A stretch of 63,771 nt of DNA, counting the filler, from Parasitella parasitica NRRL 2501 (lineage: Eukaryota > Fungi > Mucoromycota), in assembly GCA_025201805.1 (NCBI GenBank). It is 10 parts of 9 records of this genome, joined end to end, with 100 filler letters (N's around TTAATTAATTAA, not from the genome) between each part and the next. Parts side by side here need not be neighbours in the genome. Positions count along the whole stretch, not along the records: positions 62,515 to 63,771 come from MU619655.1; 9 more parts are not named here. One strand, 5' to 3'. Every line of letters starts with the position of its first letter. Positions within the stretch are counted from its first letter, which is position 1. The notes beneath the pieces were generated by a model. That model saw nothing but the letters and a program-made list of their open reading frames with translations, was not told where the DNA came from and searched no databases. Both the position numbers and the translations under genes were made by a program. Of the stretch, positions 62,501 through 63,771 are shown piece by piece.

Positions 62501-62569
62501 NNNNNNNNNNNNNNTTAGCATTACCCTCTTGAATTCTATAAATGTAAAGTTTGAACATTTATGAACTCA

Positions 62570-63480
62570 CTGATATTGTATGACAGTGTTAATATCACAT
62601 GACTTTATTAGTTAGTTCTTTCTTTGGATGAAAAAGTTTCATCGCTAATAATTTTAGTGATATCGCCAGACGTTGCTAATAACGTCTTGCGATATTATTA
62701 TGTCTTTTCTATATATGAAGAATTTTAAGCATTATATTTTGACTCACATCTTATGGCGGTATCAATAACGTCTTACGTTGTTATTATCTTCTTTTACCTG
62801 TAGATGTAAATTTCGATCATTTTATACATTCACTGATATCGTAAGACGCTGTTACTAACGTCTTGCGATATTATTATGTTTTTAGACCTGTCGATGTAAA
62901 GTCCGATCATTTATATTTTGACTGATATCGTCTGACGTAATTAATAGAGCCTTGCATTATTGTATCCTTCTTTTAGCTGTAGTTGTAAATTCCGATCAAC
63001 AATGTTTTGAAGAATATCGTTTGACGATGTTGATAACGTCTTGCGTTACTATTATGCTTTTTCTATTGATGAAAAAGTTTGACCATTGTATCTGACTGAC
63101 ATCTTATGACGGTGCTAATAACTTCATGCGCTAATATTCTCTTTTTTAACCCGTAGATGTAAAATTCATCATTTATATTTTCACGAATATCATATGACGT
63201 TATTAATAACGTCTTGCGTTATTATCTTGTTTTTTTGTAAATCTTAAGTCCGATTATTTTTATTTGCAATGATATCGTATGACTTTGTTTATAATGTCTT
63301 GCGTTACTAACATATTCTTCATGTAGGTCACAAAGTTTTATCATTCATAGTTTAATGAATATAATATGACGTTCCTAATAACGTCTTGCGTTATTATCAT
63401 GTTTTTTTGTAGATGAAAAAGTTTCATCATTTATTATGTGACTGCTATTGTGGAACTTTAGTAATAACGTCTCGTATTAC
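62570..63480. repeat. Degenerate ~87-bp tandem array (about 11 units), each with a palindromic core
   Basis: AACGTCTTGCG-like anchors at about 62681, 62767, 62857, 62946, 63036, 63120, 63208, 63293, 63380 and 63466; perfect GACGTTATTAATAACGTC at about 63196. Confidence 0.85.
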
Positions 63481-63484
63481 CAGT

Positions 63485-63735
63485 CCTGTACCTCTTGAAC
63501 CAACCTCCGACTACTTATATCGAATCGACATTGTATGACGTCATAAGTAGAGTGAGACGTTCTTAAAACGTTGGACGTTAATGTAAAGTGAAACGTCAGT
63601 ATTAACATTTTGTGTTAGTATTCCTGTACCTCTTGAAGCAATGTCCGACCACTTATATCGAATTGACATTGTATGACGTCATAAGTCGAGTGAGACGTTG
63701 TTACAACGTTAGACGTTAGAGTAAAGTGAGACGTT
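63485..63735. repeat. Two ~138-bp direct repeats containing the palindrome TATGACGTCATA
   Basis: CCTGTACCTCTTGAA...ACTTATATCGAAT.GACATTGTATGACGTCATAAGT.GAGTGAGACGTT at 63485 and 63623. Confidence 0.9.
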
Positions 63736-63744
63736 ATAAATCAC

Positions 63745-63771
63745 AACCCTAACCCTAAACCACTAATAACC
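63745..63771. repeat. Short degenerate telomere-like (CCCTAA)n tract at the window edge
   Basis: AACCCTAACCCTAAACCACTAATAACC; only about two perfect units are visible. Confidence 0.4.

Noticed and set aside
62570-63480. CRISPR-like array (palindromic repeats with regular spacing)
   Set aside because: The linkers resemble each other (TGTAGATGTAAA...ATCATTTAT), the repeats are too degenerate, the context is eukaryotic and no cas genes are present.
63745-63771. True telomere
   Set aside because: Only about two perfect units, and the C-rich strand is on + at a right-hand edge, the wrong polarity for a chromosome end here.

Overview
AT-rich, intron-rich eukaryotic DNA. Short ~55-65 nt introns and the gene and transposon repertoire point to a Mucorales (Mucoromycota) fungus; this is inference. 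The window is not contiguous: nine 100-nt artificial spacers (N44-TTAATTAATTAA-N44) join ten scaffolds, so adjacency across them means nothing. Scaffold 1 (1-30466) is gene-dense: tRNase Z, reticulon, a 2H-phosphoesterase, KAE1, HSP10, a Gti1/Pac2 factor, SSF1/PPAN, a CHORD-CS co-chaperone, a Rap-GAP, a small RLGLGAK protein and S-formylglutathione hydrolase, plus transposon remnants. The small scaffolds are repeat-rich. They hold an ORF1-only LINE-like unit, APE-RT and L1-type LINE fragments, a Helitron helicase remnant, and an intact intronless PD-(D/E)XK (Crinkler-REase-like) gene. They also hold a CACTA/CMC-like family with CAC(C/T)ATGGC ends, Ty3/Gypsy elements (one probably self-priming like Tf1), an intact DD34E Tc1/IS630 element with 163-bp TIRs, and an ~87-bp palindromic tandem array ending in telomere-like repeats. 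The best leads are the ORF1-only element with its conserved pseudoknot-like 3' motif, the KAE1/2H gene pair, the palindrome array and the stand-alone REase gene.
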